A stretch of 64,000 nucleotides of DNA, from the NCBI GenBank assembly GCA_965203175.1, contig OZ241867.1:3872001-3936000 (forward strand), written 5' to 3'. Position 1 is the stretch's first letter. Each line of letters begins with the position of its first letter. Position numbers and translations under genes: made by a program. Below the pieces are notes generated by a model. That model had not been told where the DNA came from and made no database searches. It saw nothing but the letters and a program-made list of their open reading frames with translations. Below, piece by piece: positions 44,832-63,686 of this stretch. This DNA is from Candidatus Latescibacterota bacterium (GTDB lineage: Bacteria > Latescibacterota > UBA2968 > UBA8231).

Positions 44832-46096
44832 CCGTCGTCTTCGTCCCGTTGGCCCGATTCGAGCTCGCGCTCTAGGTGGAGCGCGTAGTTTTTGAGCTCG
44901 GCCCGGTGTGTTTGTAGATCTGGGCTGTTGTCAATGTAGCGGTCGAGGGCGTCGCCTAGTTCGGCCTCCTCACTGATTTCGGCACGGCGTTGGATATCTT
45001 TTGGGGCAAAGCGCGGCTGGATGGAGGCGACGTGAAAGGCCGGTTCGAGCGCCCGCCGCACCTGTTGTAAGTCCACGGGTGTGGCGTAGCCTGCGGGCAG
45101 TTCGTAGAGGACGCGGACTACGGCGTCTGCCAGATCGGCCTCGGCGCAGGCAGCGACAATGCGCTCGGTCGCGTCTTGGCCATCGAGCACCTTTAGCTCG
45201 ATGGTTGCAAAGCGCCGCGCCGGAACGGGGACGAACTCAAAGGTGGTCGCGCGGCCCCTCGGCGCGGTTGCCTCCTCTGCGATGCGTACGAGGCAGAACC
45301 CCTTGTCTTCGCCTTCCTCGCCAAAGTCAATGCGCTCTAGGCTGCCCGAATAGACCACGGGCGGATGTCGGCCGGGGTTGAGGTCTTGATATTTGTGAAT
45401 GTGACCCAAGGCGACGTAATCGTAGGCGGGATTGGCAAGGGTGCTGGTGAGCAACACGGGGTCTTGCCCGATGATGGCGGTGCGTTCGCCTCCAGAATAG
45501 ACGGCGTCGGCAGTGGCGAGGTGGGCGACGAGTACACTAGGCAGCTTTGGATCGAGCTGACGGGCGTACTCGTCGATCTGGGCCGCACAGATCTTTTGGA
45601 TCGCGACGCGGATTTCCTCTAGAGGCAAGTCGCGGTATTCGTCGCGAGTGAGTAGGGCATGACGCGTTGGCCAGGGCAGGCCTGCCACTTGCACCGGGCC
45701 ATTGGCCGTCTCGATTCGCAGGAGCTCTGGACGGCGGATGACATGGGTGTCCTCTAGCTGTAGAGTGCTGAAAATGTCAACCGAAGTGGCTTTGCCAAAA
45801 GCGCCCGGCGCGTCGTGGTTGCCCACCACCAGCACGATGGGGATGTCGGCCGCTTGTAGGCGCTGGAGCTGGCGGGCAAAGACGCGCTGGTGGGTCGGGG
45901 TCGGATCGCAATTCTTGTACAGGTCACCGGCGAAGAGGACCAAATCGACCGCCTTTTCAATAGCTAGGTCGAAGACCCTTTCTAGGCTGGCAGCAAAATC
46001 TCGCACCCGCGAATGCAGGCCGGTGCTTGGGTCGAGGCCGCCGTGGTTTTCGACGCCCAGATGAAGATCGGCAAAGTGCAGGAGAGTCAATGCCAT
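44828..46096 (-). CDS. sbcD: SbcD/Mre11 nuclease
   Basis: ADLHLG, AGDLY, GNHD, YVALGHIH, YSGSLERIDFGE; ATGA overlap with sbcC. Confidence 0.95.
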   Translation of the reverse strand: MALTLLHFADLHLGVENHGGLDPSTGLHSRVRDFAASLERVFDLAIEKAVDLVLFAGDLYKNCDPTPTHQRVFARQLQRLQAADIPIVLVVGNHDAPGAFGKATSVDIFSTLQLEDTHVIRRPELLRIETANGPVQVAGLPWPTRHALLTRDEYRDLPLEEIRVAIQKICAAQIDEYARQLDPKLPSVLVAHLATADAVYSGGERTAIIGQDPVLLTSTLANPAYDYVALGHIHKYQDLNPGRHPPVVYSGSLERIDFGEEGEDKGFCLVRIAEEATAPRGRATTFEFVPVPARRFATIELKVLDGQDATERIVAACAEADLADAVVRVLYELPAGYATPVDLQQVRRALEPAFHVASIQPRFAPKDIQRRAEISEEAELGDALDRYIDNSPDLQTHRAELKNYALHLERELESGQRDEDDG

Positions 46097-46186
46097 GAGA
46101 AGCGCGAGTACGTTGTTTGGGAAGGGTGACTCTTGATCTGTAGATTTATTAAAAGGAGGGTAGCTAACTTGGGCAAGTCCCTTAGC

Positions 46187-46215
46187 TTGCACCTAGGCAC
46201 CGTTTTTAGTACATT
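46187..46215 (+). promoter_or_regulatory. Putative greA promoter
   Basis: TTGCAC-17 bp-TACATT. Confidence 0.55.
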
Positions 46216-46228
46216 AAACCATCTGAGT

Positions 46229-46258
46229 AGCGGAAGCGGTAGCGCGCTTCCGCTTTTT
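46229..46258 (+). terminator. Leader terminator/attenuator upstream of greA
   Basis: AGCGGAAGCG-GTAGCG-CGCTTCCGCT-TTTT between the putative promoter and the start codon. Confidence 0.7.
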
Positions 46259-46301
46259 GTGTTGAATAGCGCATGTTGTTCTCTCCTGCTAGAGGATTTG
46301 T

Positions 46302-46772
46302 ATGAGTGAAGTATATCTTTCGCGAGAAGGCTACGAAAAACTTCAGGGCGAGTTGAAGGGACTCAAGGAGACCGAACGCCCGGCAGTGCGTCAGGCGCTG
46401 CAGCGGGCGCGAGAGTTTGGCGACCTGTCCGAGAACGCAGAGTATTCGGCGGCCAAAGAAAGGTTGCTCTTCCTAGAGCAGCGCATCGGCAAGCTAGAAG
46501 AGACGCTTAGCCGGGCCCGCCTGCTAGAAAACGAGGCAATCCCAGAAGACAAGGTCTATATCGGTGCCACCGTAGAGATAGAAGACCTCGCGAAGGCGCG
46601 ACAACTCACCTACACGCTCGTCGCTCCCGAGGAAGCGGATTTTGAAGCGGGTAAAATTTCCACGGTTTCGCCGATAGGCAAGGGATTGCTCGGGCACGAA
46701 GTAGGAGAAGAAATCGAGATCGAAGTTCCTGTTGGCAAGCTGCACTACAGGATTGTCAAGATCACGCGTTGA
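46302..46772 (+). CDS. greA: Transcription elongation factor GreA
   Basis: GDLSENAEYSAAKE, ISTVSPIGKGLLG. Confidence 0.97.
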   Translation: MSEVYLSREGYEKLQGELKGLKETERPAVRQALQRAREFGDLSENAEYSAAKERLLFLEQRIGKLEETLSRARLLENEAIPEDKVYIGATVEIEDLAKARQLTYTLVAPEEADFEAGKISTVSPIGKGLLGHEVGEEIEIEVPVGKLHYRIVKITR

Positions 46773-46797
46773 GCGCAAGTATTCAGTTTATTCGGCG

Positions 46798-46829
46798 ACT
46801 CCCGGAAAGGCACGTGCCTTTCCGGGAGT
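46798..46829 (+). terminator. Hairpin after greA (perfect 32-bp palindrome)
   Basis: ACTCCCGGAAAGGCAC|GTGCCTTTCCGGGAGT followed by TTCGCGTTTT. Confidence 0.7.
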
Positions 46830-46858
46830 TTCGCGTTTTAAGTCCGCGCCCAGTCTTC

Positions 46859-46887
46859 TTGACATATTAAGAAAGCTGGCATATATT
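46859..46887 (+). promoter_or_regulatory. Sigma70 promoter of the tRNA-rpmG-secE unit
   Basis: TTGACA-17 bp-TATATT. Confidence 0.75.
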
Positions 46888-46926
46888 TAAAATTCTATAA
46901 ATTAAACGGGCATTAATCCGGCTCGA

Positions 46927-47003
46927 GCGGGAATAGCTCAGTTGGCTAGAGCGCGAGCCTTCCAAGCTCGGGGTCGCGGGTTCGAGTCCCGTTTCCCGCT
47001 CCA
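46927..47003 (+). tRNA. tRNA-Gly(TCC)
   Basis: GCGGGAA/TTCCCGC acceptor stem, CT-TCC-AA loop, TTCGAG T-loop, encoded CCA. Confidence 0.97.
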
Positions 47004-47022
47004 GATCGCCAAAATAATTGCA

Positions 47023-47098
<76 letters not shown>

Positions 47099-47135
47099 CT
47101 TTCCTAGTGCTTCCATATAAACACGGCAAACTCTG

Positions 47136-47288
47136 ATGCCAAGAGATCAAATAACGCTGGAGTGCGAAGTATGCAGCCAGCAAACTTACACGACGACCAA
47201 AAATAGACGAAACCAGCCAAGCCGCGTGGAGTACAAAAAGTATTGCCGTTTTTGCCGCAAGCACGCGACTCACAAGGAAACCCGCTAG
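47136..47288 (+). CDS. rpmG: 50S ribosomal protein L33 (Zn-binding C+ form)
   Basis: Hand translation [50 protein letters not shown]; below the ORF-track length cutoff. Confidence 0.95.
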   Translation: MPRDQITLECEVCSQQTYTTTKNRRNQPSRVEYKKYCRFCRKHATHKETR

Positions 47289-47292
47289 GCAT

Positions 47293-47368
47293 AGGGCAGT
47301 AGCTCAATTGGTAGAGCACCGGTCTCCAAAACCGGCGGTTGCAGGTTCAAGTCCTGTCTGCCCTGCCA
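47293..47368 (+). tRNA. tRNA-Trp(CCA)
   Basis: AGGGCAG/CTGCCCT acceptor stem, CT-CCA-AA loop, CCA end; canonical position before secE. Confidence 0.97.
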
Positions 47369-47390
47369 GGCTTCTGCATTAGGGAACGGG

Positions 47391-47579
47391 ATGTGGAATA
47401 AACTTACTAATTTCGTCAAAGATGTGCGGGCCGAATTTTCCAAGGTGAGCTGGCCCACTCGCGAGGATTTGATTGGTTCCACCGGAGTGGTATTAGTTTT
47501 TTCAGCGGTCTTTGCAGTTTTTATCGGCATATTCGACCTGATTATCTCCTTTGTTTGGGGAATACTTCTAGGGCAGTAA
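47391..47579 (+). CDS. secE: Preprotein translocase SecE
   Basis: EFSKVSWPTR plus a single TM helix; synteny. Confidence 0.95.
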   Translation: MWNKLTNFVKDVRAEFSKVSWPTREDLIGSTGVVLVFSAVFAVFIGIFDLIISFVWGILLGQ

Positions 47580-47678
47580 TCCCCGCTAGGGCCTAGCTAA
47601 CGGAAGCGGCACGCATCATGCACCGCTTCTTTTCCTTATTTACGCTCGGCAGAGGGGAGCTAACACCGGATTGAAGTC

Positions 47679-48224
47679 ATGGCACAGCGCTGGTACGCTC
47701 TGCATACGTATTCGGGGCACGAAAATAAAGTAAAAACCTATTTGGAGTCGCTCATTGAGTCGGGGGCTGCCAACGATGCAATTGCTCAGGTCGTTGTGCC
47801 AACTGAGGAAGTGGTCGAACTCCGCGCTGGCAAGAAAACCAAGACTAGGAAGCGGTTTTTGCCTAGTTACGTGTTGGTAGAAATGGAAATGTCCAAGGAT
47901 GCTTGGTATCAGGTGACCAATATTCCCGGGGTGACCAATTTCGTGGGCCCAGCGCGCAAGCCGCAACCGCTGCGGCAGGAGGAAATCGACCGCATCTTGG
48001 GGCACGTCGACCGTCGAAAAGACCAAGAAGTCGAAGAAATTCCCTTTGCCGTCGACGATCAGGTCAAGGTCAACGACGGCGCGTTCAAAGATTTTATCGG
48101 CACCGTACAGGAGGTGCTGCCGGAGAAGCGCAGGCTGAAAATTATGGTGAGCATCTTCGGGCGTGGCACATCGGTGGAATTGGACGTGTTGCAGGTCGAG
48201 CCGGTTCAAGAGACGGTAGGCTGA
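47679..48224 (+). CDS. nusG: Transcription factor NusG
   Basis: WYALHTYSGHE, PGVTNFVG, VSIFGRGT. Confidence 0.97.
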   Translation: MAQRWYALHTYSGHENKVKTYLESLIESGAANDAIAQVVVPTEEVVELRAGKKTKTRKRFLPSYVLVEMEMSKDAWYQVTNIPGVTNFVGPARKPQPLRQEEIDRILGHVDRRKDQEVEEIPFAVDDQVKVNDGAFKDFIGTVQEVLPEKRRLKIMVSIFGRGTSVELDVLQVEPVQETVG

Positions 48225-48242
48225 TTTTTAGAGGATACATAA

Positions 48243-48665
48243 ATGGCTAAAAAGGAAATAGCCCAAATCAAGTTGCAGGTTCCGGCCGGTCAAGCGAATC
48301 CGACACCACCCGTTGGGCCGGCGCTAGGTCAACACGGCGTCAATATCATGGAATTCTGCAAGACTTTCAATGCCCAGACCCAAGATCAGCAGGGATTAAT
48401 CATTCCCGTAATCATTACGGTGTACGCCGATCGCACGTTTTCGTTTATCACCAAGACGCCGCCGGCTGCGGTGTTGCTTTTGCGGGCTGCTGGACAACCC
48501 AAGGGATCGGGCGTGCCCAACAGGGACCACATCGGCGTTGTATCTTCGGACCAAGTGCGCGAAATTGCCGAATTGAAAATGCCCGATTTGAACGCGTCCT
48601 CAATGGAATCCGCGATGTCGATGATCGCGGGGACGGCCCGTAGCATGGGGATTTTAATCGAGTAG
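48243..48665 (+). CDS. rplK: 50S ribosomal protein L11
   Basis: [26 protein letters not shown]. Confidence 0.98.
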   Translation: MAKKEIAQIKLQVPAGQANPTPPVGPALGQHGVNIMEFCKTFNAQTQDQQGLIIPVIITVYADRTFSFITKTPPAAVLLLRAAGQPKGSGVPNRDHIGVVSSDQVREIAELKMPDLNASSMESAMSMIAGTARSMGILIE

Positions 48666-48702
48666 TTGCTTCGCATCGCAACCCTCATAAGAGGTTTAAT
48701 AT

Positions 48703-49401
48703 ATGGCCAGAGGAAAAAAATACAGAAACGCCTTGGCGTCTTTCGACCGCGACAAGGCCTATTCGTGGGAAGAGGGGATCAAGATCCTCAAGGGATTCCC
48801 AACATACAATTACGATCCGACTGTTGAACTTTGTTACAATTTAGGGATTGATGGCCGACAGGCCGACCAATCGCTGCGCGGCACGGTGATGTTGCCCCAC
48901 GGCACTGGGAAGGAACTCCGGGTCTTAGTCATTACTCAGGGACCGCTAGCGCAGGAGGCTGAAGAAGCCGGAGCCGATTTCGTCGGTGGAGCTGATATGG
49001 CCGAGAAAATTCAGGGCGGTTGGCTCGATTTCGACCTAGTTATTGCCTCTCCAGATATGATGGGGCAGGTGGGTAAGCTGGGAAGAATCTTGGGCCCACG
49101 GGGCCTGATGCCCAATCCCAAGACCGGGACGGTGACACGCGAAGTGGCTCAAGCCGTCCGCGAGGCCAAGGCCGGACGCATTGAGTACCGTGCCGATAGC
49201 AAGTCCGGCAACAACGCCCAAGCCCCTATCGGCAGGCTGTCCTTTACAGATCAGGCACTGATCGAAAACGCCCAAGCTTTTACCGACGCCATTTTGCGTG
49301 CCAAGCCGGCTGCGGCGAAGGGGCAGTACATCCGCAAGTTAGTCCTCTCGTCGGCAGCAGGGCCGAGCATCAAAATAGACCGCGCCCAACTCGCTGCGTA
49401 A
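48703..49401 (+). CDS. rplA: 50S ribosomal protein L1
   Basis: [23 protein letters not shown]. Confidence 0.98.
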   Translation: MARGKKYRNALASFDRDKAYSWEEGIKILKGFPTYNYDPTVELCYNLGIDGRQADQSLRGTVMLPHGTGKELRVLVITQGPLAQEAEEAGADFVGGADMAEKIQGGWLDFDLVIASPDMMGQVGKLGRILGPRGLMPNPKTGTVTREVAQAVREAKAGRIEYRADSKSGNNAQAPIGRLSFTDQALIENAQAFTDAILRAKPAAAKGQYIRKLVLSSAAGPSIKIDRAQLAA

Positions 49402-49417
49402 GGAAAGCTCCGTTATT

Positions 49418-49951
49418 ATGGCGACAGCAGAAAAGGAAGCAAAAGTAGAAGAATTGAAGGCTATTATGGCCGAGACCAAGGGCTTCTATTTGGCCGATTT
49501 TACGGGTATTGATGTGGCCTCGGTGACTGAGTTACGCAGCAAGCTACGCGATGCTGAGGTCCAATACCAAGTGATCAAAAATCGCTTGGCCATTCGCGCG
49601 GCCGAGGAAGTGGGCATCACCGGCCTCAAAGAGTATTTCACCGGGCCTACGGCTATAGCCTACTCAAAAGAAGATCCCATTGCACCGGCCAAAATTCTGC
49701 AAGACTTCGTCACCGACGGCGGGAAAATTCAGATCAAGACCGGCTTTATAGAAGGCGAAATCCTCGCCGCCGACAGAGTCGAGGCGCTGGCTAAGCTGCC
49801 CTCTAAAGAAGAATTGATAGGCAAGGTAGTCGCCGGTGTCCAGAGTCCACTCTACGGGCTAAGCGGTGTCTTAAATGGGTTGCTTAGGGGATTGGTTGGT
49901 GCATTGTCAGCTATCGAAAAGCAACGGGTAGAAGGCGGAGAGAACGCCTGA
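49418..49951 (+). CDS. rplJ: 50S ribosomal protein L10
   Basis: ELRSKLR, VIKNRL, LAKLPSKEEL; synteny. Confidence 0.96.
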   Translation: MATAEKEAKVEELKAIMAETKGFYLADFTGIDVASVTELRSKLRDAEVQYQVIKNRLAIRAAEEVGITGLKEYFTGPTAIAYSKEDPIAPAKILQDFVTDGGKIQIKTGFIEGEILAADRVEALAKLPSKEELIGKVVAGVQSPLYGLSGVLNGLLRGLVGALSAIEKQRVEGGENA

Positions 49952-49999
49952 TTCCCATTCGTAACAAACTCAAATAGGATATACAGGAGGCTGTATCCC

Positions 50000-50410
50000 A
50001 TGACCGAAGAAACCACTGCCACCACTGCCAACAGCAAGGTAGGCGAAATCATTGAGACCATCGGCGGCCTGACCGTCTTAGAGCTAGCCGAATTGGTCAA
50101 AGCCCTCGAAGACAAGTTCGGTGTGTCGGCCGCAGCGCCTGTGATGATGGCTGGCGCGATGCCCAGCGATGGCGGCGGCGAAGAGGCCGCCGAGGAAAAG
50201 GATTCCTTTGACGTTGTGCTCACTAGTGCCGGTGAGAAGAAGATCCAAGTCATCAAGGTCGTCCGCGAGATTACTAGCCTAGGCCTGAAAGAGGCCAAAG
50301 CCCTCGTCGATGAGGCCCCCAAGCCTGTCAAGGAAGGAGCGACCAAGGAAGAAGCTGAAGAAATTCAGAGCCGGTTGCAGGATGCCGGAGCCACGGTAGA
50401 ACTTCAATAG
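50000..50410 (+). CDS. rplL: 50S ribosomal protein L7/L12
   Basis: [29 protein letters not shown]. Confidence 0.98.
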   Translation: MTEETTATTANSKVGEIIETIGGLTVLELAELVKALEDKFGVSAAAPVMMAGAMPSDGGGEEAAEEKDSFDVVLTSAGEKKIQVIKVVREITSLGLKEAKALVDEAPKPVKEGATKEEAEEIQSRLQDAGATVELQ

Positions 50411-50468
50411 GGGACTGCTGCGGATATAGTAGCTCGTTAGTTCATACCTGCTTTTCTGCAGCGTGCAT

Positions 50469-50498
50469 TCATGGAGCTATTGTCCAATAGCTCCATGA
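50469..50498 (+). promoter_or_regulatory. rplL-rpoB intergenic inverted repeat (attenuator or processing site candidate)
   Basis: TCATGGAGCTATTG-TC-CAATAGCTCCATGA; no U-tract. Confidence 0.5.
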
Positions 50499-50534
50499 GC
50501 ATTTGCCTTAAACCACAAATTGAGGAGTTGGACT

Positions 50535-54314
<3,780 letters not shown>

Positions 54315-54346
54315 ATCACAGAGCATTCGCATAAAGCGCAAAGGGG

Positions 54347-58441
<4,095 letters not shown>

Positions 58442-58470
58442 TTGACAGTTATATAATGTGTATGTAGATT
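58442..58470 (+). promoter_or_regulatory. Putative str operon promoter
   Basis: TTGACA-17 bp-TAGATT immediately after the rpoC stop. Confidence 0.65.
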
Positions 58471-58513
58471 ATGAGCTTGCTATTTATTACGGAATGACGA
58501 GGAGAAATAGCGT

Positions 58514-58885
58514 TTGCCAACGGTTAGCCAGCTGGTTCGCAAAAGCCGGCAAAAGTCACTAAAAAAGACGGACTCCCCAGCGCTGAGAGGTTGTCCCCAG
58601 CGCCGTGGTGTTTGTACACGAGTCTATACCCAGACGCCAAAGAAGCCCAATTCGGCTCTGCGCAAGATGGCTCGCGTGCGTTTGACTACAGGGATTGAAG
58701 TCACGGCTTACGTACCAGGCGAGGGCCACACGCTGCAGGAACACTCCATCGTCTTGGTGCGAGGGGGCCGGATCAAGGACTGTCCTGGCGTGCGCTACCA
58801 CATCGTGCGCGGCGTTCTCGATGCGACGGGCGTGGCCGACCGCCGCCAGGGTCGCTCCAAGTATGGCACCCGAAGGCCAACTTAA
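58514..58885 (+). CDS. rpsL: 30S ribosomal protein S12
   Basis: [17 protein letters not shown]; TTG start after GAGGAG. Confidence 0.99.
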   Translation: MPTVSQLVRKSRQKSLKKTDSPALRGCPQRRGVCTRVYTQTPKKPNSALRKMARVRLTTGIEVTAYVPGEGHTLQEHSIVLVRGGRIKDCPGVRYHIVRGVLDATGVADRRQGRSKYGTRRPT

Positions 58886-58896
58886 GGGTATAAGCA

Positions 58897-59367
58897 ATGT
58901 CGCGGCGTAAAAAAGCAATTAAACGCAAACTGCTGCCAGATCCGAAATTCCACAACGTCTTGGCGGCGAGGTTTGTAAATTCGCTGATGAAGCAAGGCAA
59001 GAAGAGCGTGGCGGAGCGCATATTTTACGACTCGATCGACTTGGTCGTCGAGCGCAGTGGCCAAGACGGGATTGATCTCTTCCAGAAGGCGCTAGAAAAC
59101 GCCAAGCCTATCGTCATGGTCAAATCGCGTCGAGTCGGTGGCCAGACCTATCAGGTGCCGGTCGAAATGCGGCCAGACGAGCGCACGGCGCGTTCGATTC
59201 GCTGGTTGATTCGCTTCGCTCGCGAGCGCTCTGAGCGCACCATGGCTGAGCGGTTGGCCAACGAGTTTATTGCTGCGTCAAGGGGGGAAGGTGGAGCTGT
59301 GCGCATGAAGGAAGAGGTCCACCGCATGGCCGAGGCGAACAAGGCTTTCGCTCATTATAGATTTTAG
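58897..59367 (+). CDS. rpsG: 30S ribosomal protein S7
   Basis: [24 protein letters not shown]. Confidence 0.99.
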   Translation: MSRRKKAIKRKLLPDPKFHNVLAARFVNSLMKQGKKSVAERIFYDSIDLVVERSGQDGIDLFQKALENAKPIVMVKSRRVGGQTYQVPVEMRPDERTARSIRWLIRFARERSERTMAERLANEFIAASRGEGGAVRMKEEVHRMAEANKAFAHYRF

Positions 59368-59383
59368 GGAGTTTTCAGGCGAA

Positions 59384-61462
59384 ATGGCACGACAGTTTAC
59401 ACAACAAGACACGCGAAATATCGGGATTGCGGCTCACATCGACGCTGGCAAGACCACTACGACTGAGCGGATCCTCTACTACACGGGCCGAGTTCACCGC
59501 ATGGGAGAAGTCCACGACGGTACGGCAACGATGGACTGGATGGAGCAAGAGCGCGAGCGCGGCATTACCATCACCTCTGCGGCTACCGCTTGCCAGTGGA
59601 AGGACCACCGCATCAACATTATCGACACGCCCGGCCACGTGGATTTTACCGCCGAGGTCGAGCGTTCGCTGCGCGTTCTTGACGGTGCCATAGGTGTCTT
59701 CTGTGCAGTCGGTGGGGTGGAACCGCAGTCCGAGACCGTTTGGCGCCAAGCCGACAAATACGGGGTTCCACGCATTGCTTTTGTCAACAAGATGGATCGC
59801 AATGGGGCTGATTTTTTTCAAGTCCTTAGCATGCTTCAAGAGCGGTTGAACAGCAATTTCGTGCCCGTCCAGTTGCCTATCGGTGTCGGTGAGACGTTCA
59901 ACGGCTTGATAGACTTAGTAGAGATGAAGGCCATTACCTACGAAGAGGCCAGCCAAGGCGTCAAGTTTTTCGAGGACGAGATCCCCGCAGATTTGCTAGA
60001 GAATGCCTTGCAATACCGCGAAAAGCTGCTTGAGTCGGTGGCTGAATTCGACGATGGGCTACTCGAAAAATTCCTCGAAGGAGAAGAAATTCACCCCGAC
60101 GAAATCCGCGCTGCGCTGCGCCAAGCCACCATCGCGCTAAAGGCCGTGCCCGTAACGTGCGGCAGTGCGTACAAATACAAAGGCGTCCAGCGCTTGCTCG
60201 ACGCGGTGCTGCACTACTTGCCGTCCCCAGCCGACATCGGCGAAGTCAAGGGCATGCTGCCCCATTCCAGCGCGGAGGCGGTGCGTCCCGCCCTCGACGA
60301 TGCGCCTTTTGCCGGGTTGGCCTTTAAAGTTATGACGGACCCCTTTGTCGGGCGCCTCACCTTTGTGCGTGTCTATTCGGGTGTGTTGAGTTCGGGCACT
60401 TACCTCTACAATGTGACTACTGAGCGTCGCGAGCGGACCGCGCGCTTGCTGGAGATGCATGCCAACGATCGCACCGAGTTGCCTCATGCCTATGCCGGCG
60501 ATATAGTCGCTGTGGTCGGCCTCAAAAACACAACTACGGGTGACACGCTGTGCGACGAGCAGCACCCTATCGTCTTGGAAAAGATCGAATTTGCCGAGCC
60601 GGTAGTCCATGTGGCCATTGAGCCAAAGACGCGCGTGGATCAAGAGCAGCTATATATTGCCTTGTCCAAGCTCAGTGAGGAAGATCCGACCTTCCAGATC
60701 AAGCTTGATGATGAGACAGGCCAGACGATCATGTCGGGGATGGGCGAACTGCACCTAGAGATACTCATCGACCGCCTCTTCCGCGAGTTCAAGGTCGAAG
60801 CCAATGTCGGCAAGCCCCAGGTGGCCTACAAAGAAGGCCTGAGCAAGGCCGTCGAGAGCACCGGCCGGTTCGTGCGGCAGACCGGCGGTCGTGGTCAGTA
60901 CGGGCACGTCGAGTTGGAGATCGAGCCGGGCGAGCCGGGTAGTGGATTGGTCTTTGAATCGAAAATCATCGGTGGCAACATTCCCAAGGAATATATCAAT
61001 CCAGTGCGCGAAGGCATCATTGAAGCGATGACCACCGGACCTGTTGCTGGTTACCCGATCGAAGATGTTAAGGTCGTGCTAATAGATGGATCGCACCACG
61101 AGGTCGACTCCTCAGAAGTAGCCTTTAAGGTCGCCGGATCCATGGCATTCAAAGACGGTGCCCTGAAGGCCGCTCCCTATCTCATGGAGCCGATTATGGA
61201 GTTGGAGGTCGTCGTCCCCGGTCAATATTTGGGCGACGTAGTGGGCGATCTCAATTCGCATCGCGGCGAGATACAAGGCATCAATCCCCGTTCCGATGCG
61301 CAAGTCGTCCAGGCCTTCGTGCCGCTGAGCGAGACTTTTGGCTACGCCACTCGCCTGCGTTCGCTAACCCAAGGACGGGCGCTTTTTACCATGCAGTTTT
61401 CCAAATACGAAGCCGTCCCAGGTCACATTACCGAAGAAATAGTCGACAGCACTAGAGGTTAA
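59384..61462 (+). CDS. fusA: Elongation factor G
   Basis: [26 protein letters not shown]. Confidence 0.99.
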   Translation: MARQFTQQDTRNIGIAAHIDAGKTTTTERILYYTGRVHRMGEVHDGTATMDWMEQERERGITITSAATACQWKDHRINIIDTPGHVDFTAEVERSLRVLDGAIGVFCAVGGVEPQSETVWRQADKYGVPRIAFVNKMDRNGADFFQVLSMLQERLNSNFVPVQLPIGVGETFNGLIDLVEMKAITYEEASQGVKFFEDEIPADLLENALQYREKLLESVAEFDDGLLEKFLEGEEIHPDEIRAALRQATIALKAVPVTCGSAYKYKGVQRLLDAVLHYLPSPADIGEVKGMLPHSSAEAVRPALDDAPFAGLAFKVMTDPFVGRLTFVRVYSGVLSSGTYLYNVTTERRERTARLLEMHANDRTELPHAYAGDIVAVVGLKNTTTGDTLCDEQHPIVLEKIEFAEPVVHVAIEPKTRVDQEQLYIALSKLSEEDPTFQIKLDDETGQTIMSGMGELHLEILIDRLFREFKVEANVGKPQVAYKEGLSKAVESTGRFVRQTGGRGQYGHVELEIEPGEPGSGLVFESKIIGGNIPKEYINPVREGIIEAMTTGPVAGYPIEDVKVVLIDGSHHEVDSSEVAFKVAGSMAFKDGALKAAPYLMEPIMELEVVVPGQYLGDVVGDLNSHRGEIQGINPRSDAQVVQAFVPLSETFGYATRLRSLTQGRALFTMQFSKYEAVPGHITEEIVDSTRG

Positions 61463-61507
61463 AGCTGTAACCGCCTGCCCAGAAATACTAAGGAGAGGAT
61501 TAAGGAA

Positions 61508-62698
<1,191 letters not shown>

Positions 62699-62727
62699 GG
62701 ACAGCCGCGTTAGGGAGATGCGAGCCA

Positions 62728-63036
62728 GTGGCAGTTGACAGAATACGCATTCGCCTCAAAGCCTACGACCACATGGCGTTGGACAAGTCTGTGGACGAGA
62801 TCGTCCAGACGGTCAAGCGGAGCGGGGCTCGCATTGCTGGACCAGTGCCGCTGCCGACGGCTCGCACCATATACACGGTGCTGCGATCCCCACATGTGGA
62901 CAAGAAATCGCGCGAGCAGTTCGAAACGCGCATCCACAAGCGGCTCATCGACATTTACGATTCGACGCCGCAAACCGTGGATGCGCTGATGAAGCTCGAT
63001 CTGCCTGCGGGTATCGGCATCGACATAAAGGTTTAA
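62728..63036 (+). CDS. rpsJ: 30S ribosomal protein S10
   Basis: [31 protein letters not shown]. Confidence 0.99.
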   Translation: MAVDRIRIRLKAYDHMALDKSVDEIVQTVKRSGARIAGPVPLPTARTIYTVLRSPHVDKKSREQFETRIHKRLIDIYDSTPQTVDALMKLDLPAGIGIDIKV

Positions 63037-63043
63037 TTCGACC

Positions 63044-63682
63044 ATGGGTGCGCAGGTAGAAGAGCTAAACAGCGAAGGGCAGGCAAACGGCTCAGTGGAA
63101 CTGCCCGAGGATTTGTTCGGCATTGCGGTTTCGGAATACGCCCTCTACCGAGCGGTTGTCGCCCACCAAGCGAATCAGCGGCAGGGGACGGCCTCGGCCA
63201 AGACCCGGTCCGAAATAGCCCGCACGAGTAAGAAGCACCATCGCCAGAAAGGCACGGGTTGGGCACGTCGGGGTTCGCTGCGTTCGCCGTTGGTACGCGG
63301 TGGCGGTGTGGCCTTTGGTCCCCGTCCCCGTTCTTATTCTTCCAAGCTGCCCAAGTCCCTCAAGCGTCTGGCATTCCGTTCGGCTCTCACGCTCAAAGGC
63401 GCGGAGGGGCAGGTCAAGGTCGTTACCGACTTCGACTTTCCTGCTCCCAGCACCCGTTCCTTTCAGCAGGTTATTGAAGCGTGCGGTCTCAAAAGCCAGA
63501 AGGTCCTGTTCGTCACTGCGGAAAGCTCCTCAGTGTTGATCAAATCGAGCCGCAATCTGCCCAAGGTGAAAATTGCCCATCTCGGTTCGCTAGCTACCTA
63601 TGACTTGCTAGCAGCGGATGTGATCTTGTTTACTCGCCAAGCCTTTGACCGGCTTGTAGAAACCCATGGCCAGAAGGGCTGA
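63044..63682 (+). CDS. rplD: 50S ribosomal protein L4
   Basis: RQGTASAKTRSE, RQKGTG, RGGGVAFGPRPR. Confidence 0.97.
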   Translation: MGAQVEELNSEGQANGSVELPEDLFGIAVSEYALYRAVVAHQANQRQGTASAKTRSEIARTSKKHHRQKGTGWARRGSLRSPLVRGGGVAFGPRPRSYSSKLPKSLKRLAFRSALTLKGAEGQVKVVTDFDFPAPSTRSFQQVIEACGLKSQKVLFVTAESSSVLIKSSRNLPKVKIAHLGSLATYDLLAADVILFTRQAFDRLVETHGQKG

Positions 63683-63686
63683 GAAG

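Noticed and set aside
46798-46829. The two 32-bp perfect palindromes (28889 and 46798) as one repeat family or CRISPR repeats
   Set aside because: Their sequences are unrelated and single-copy, with no spacers or cas genes. The second is positioned as the greA terminator.
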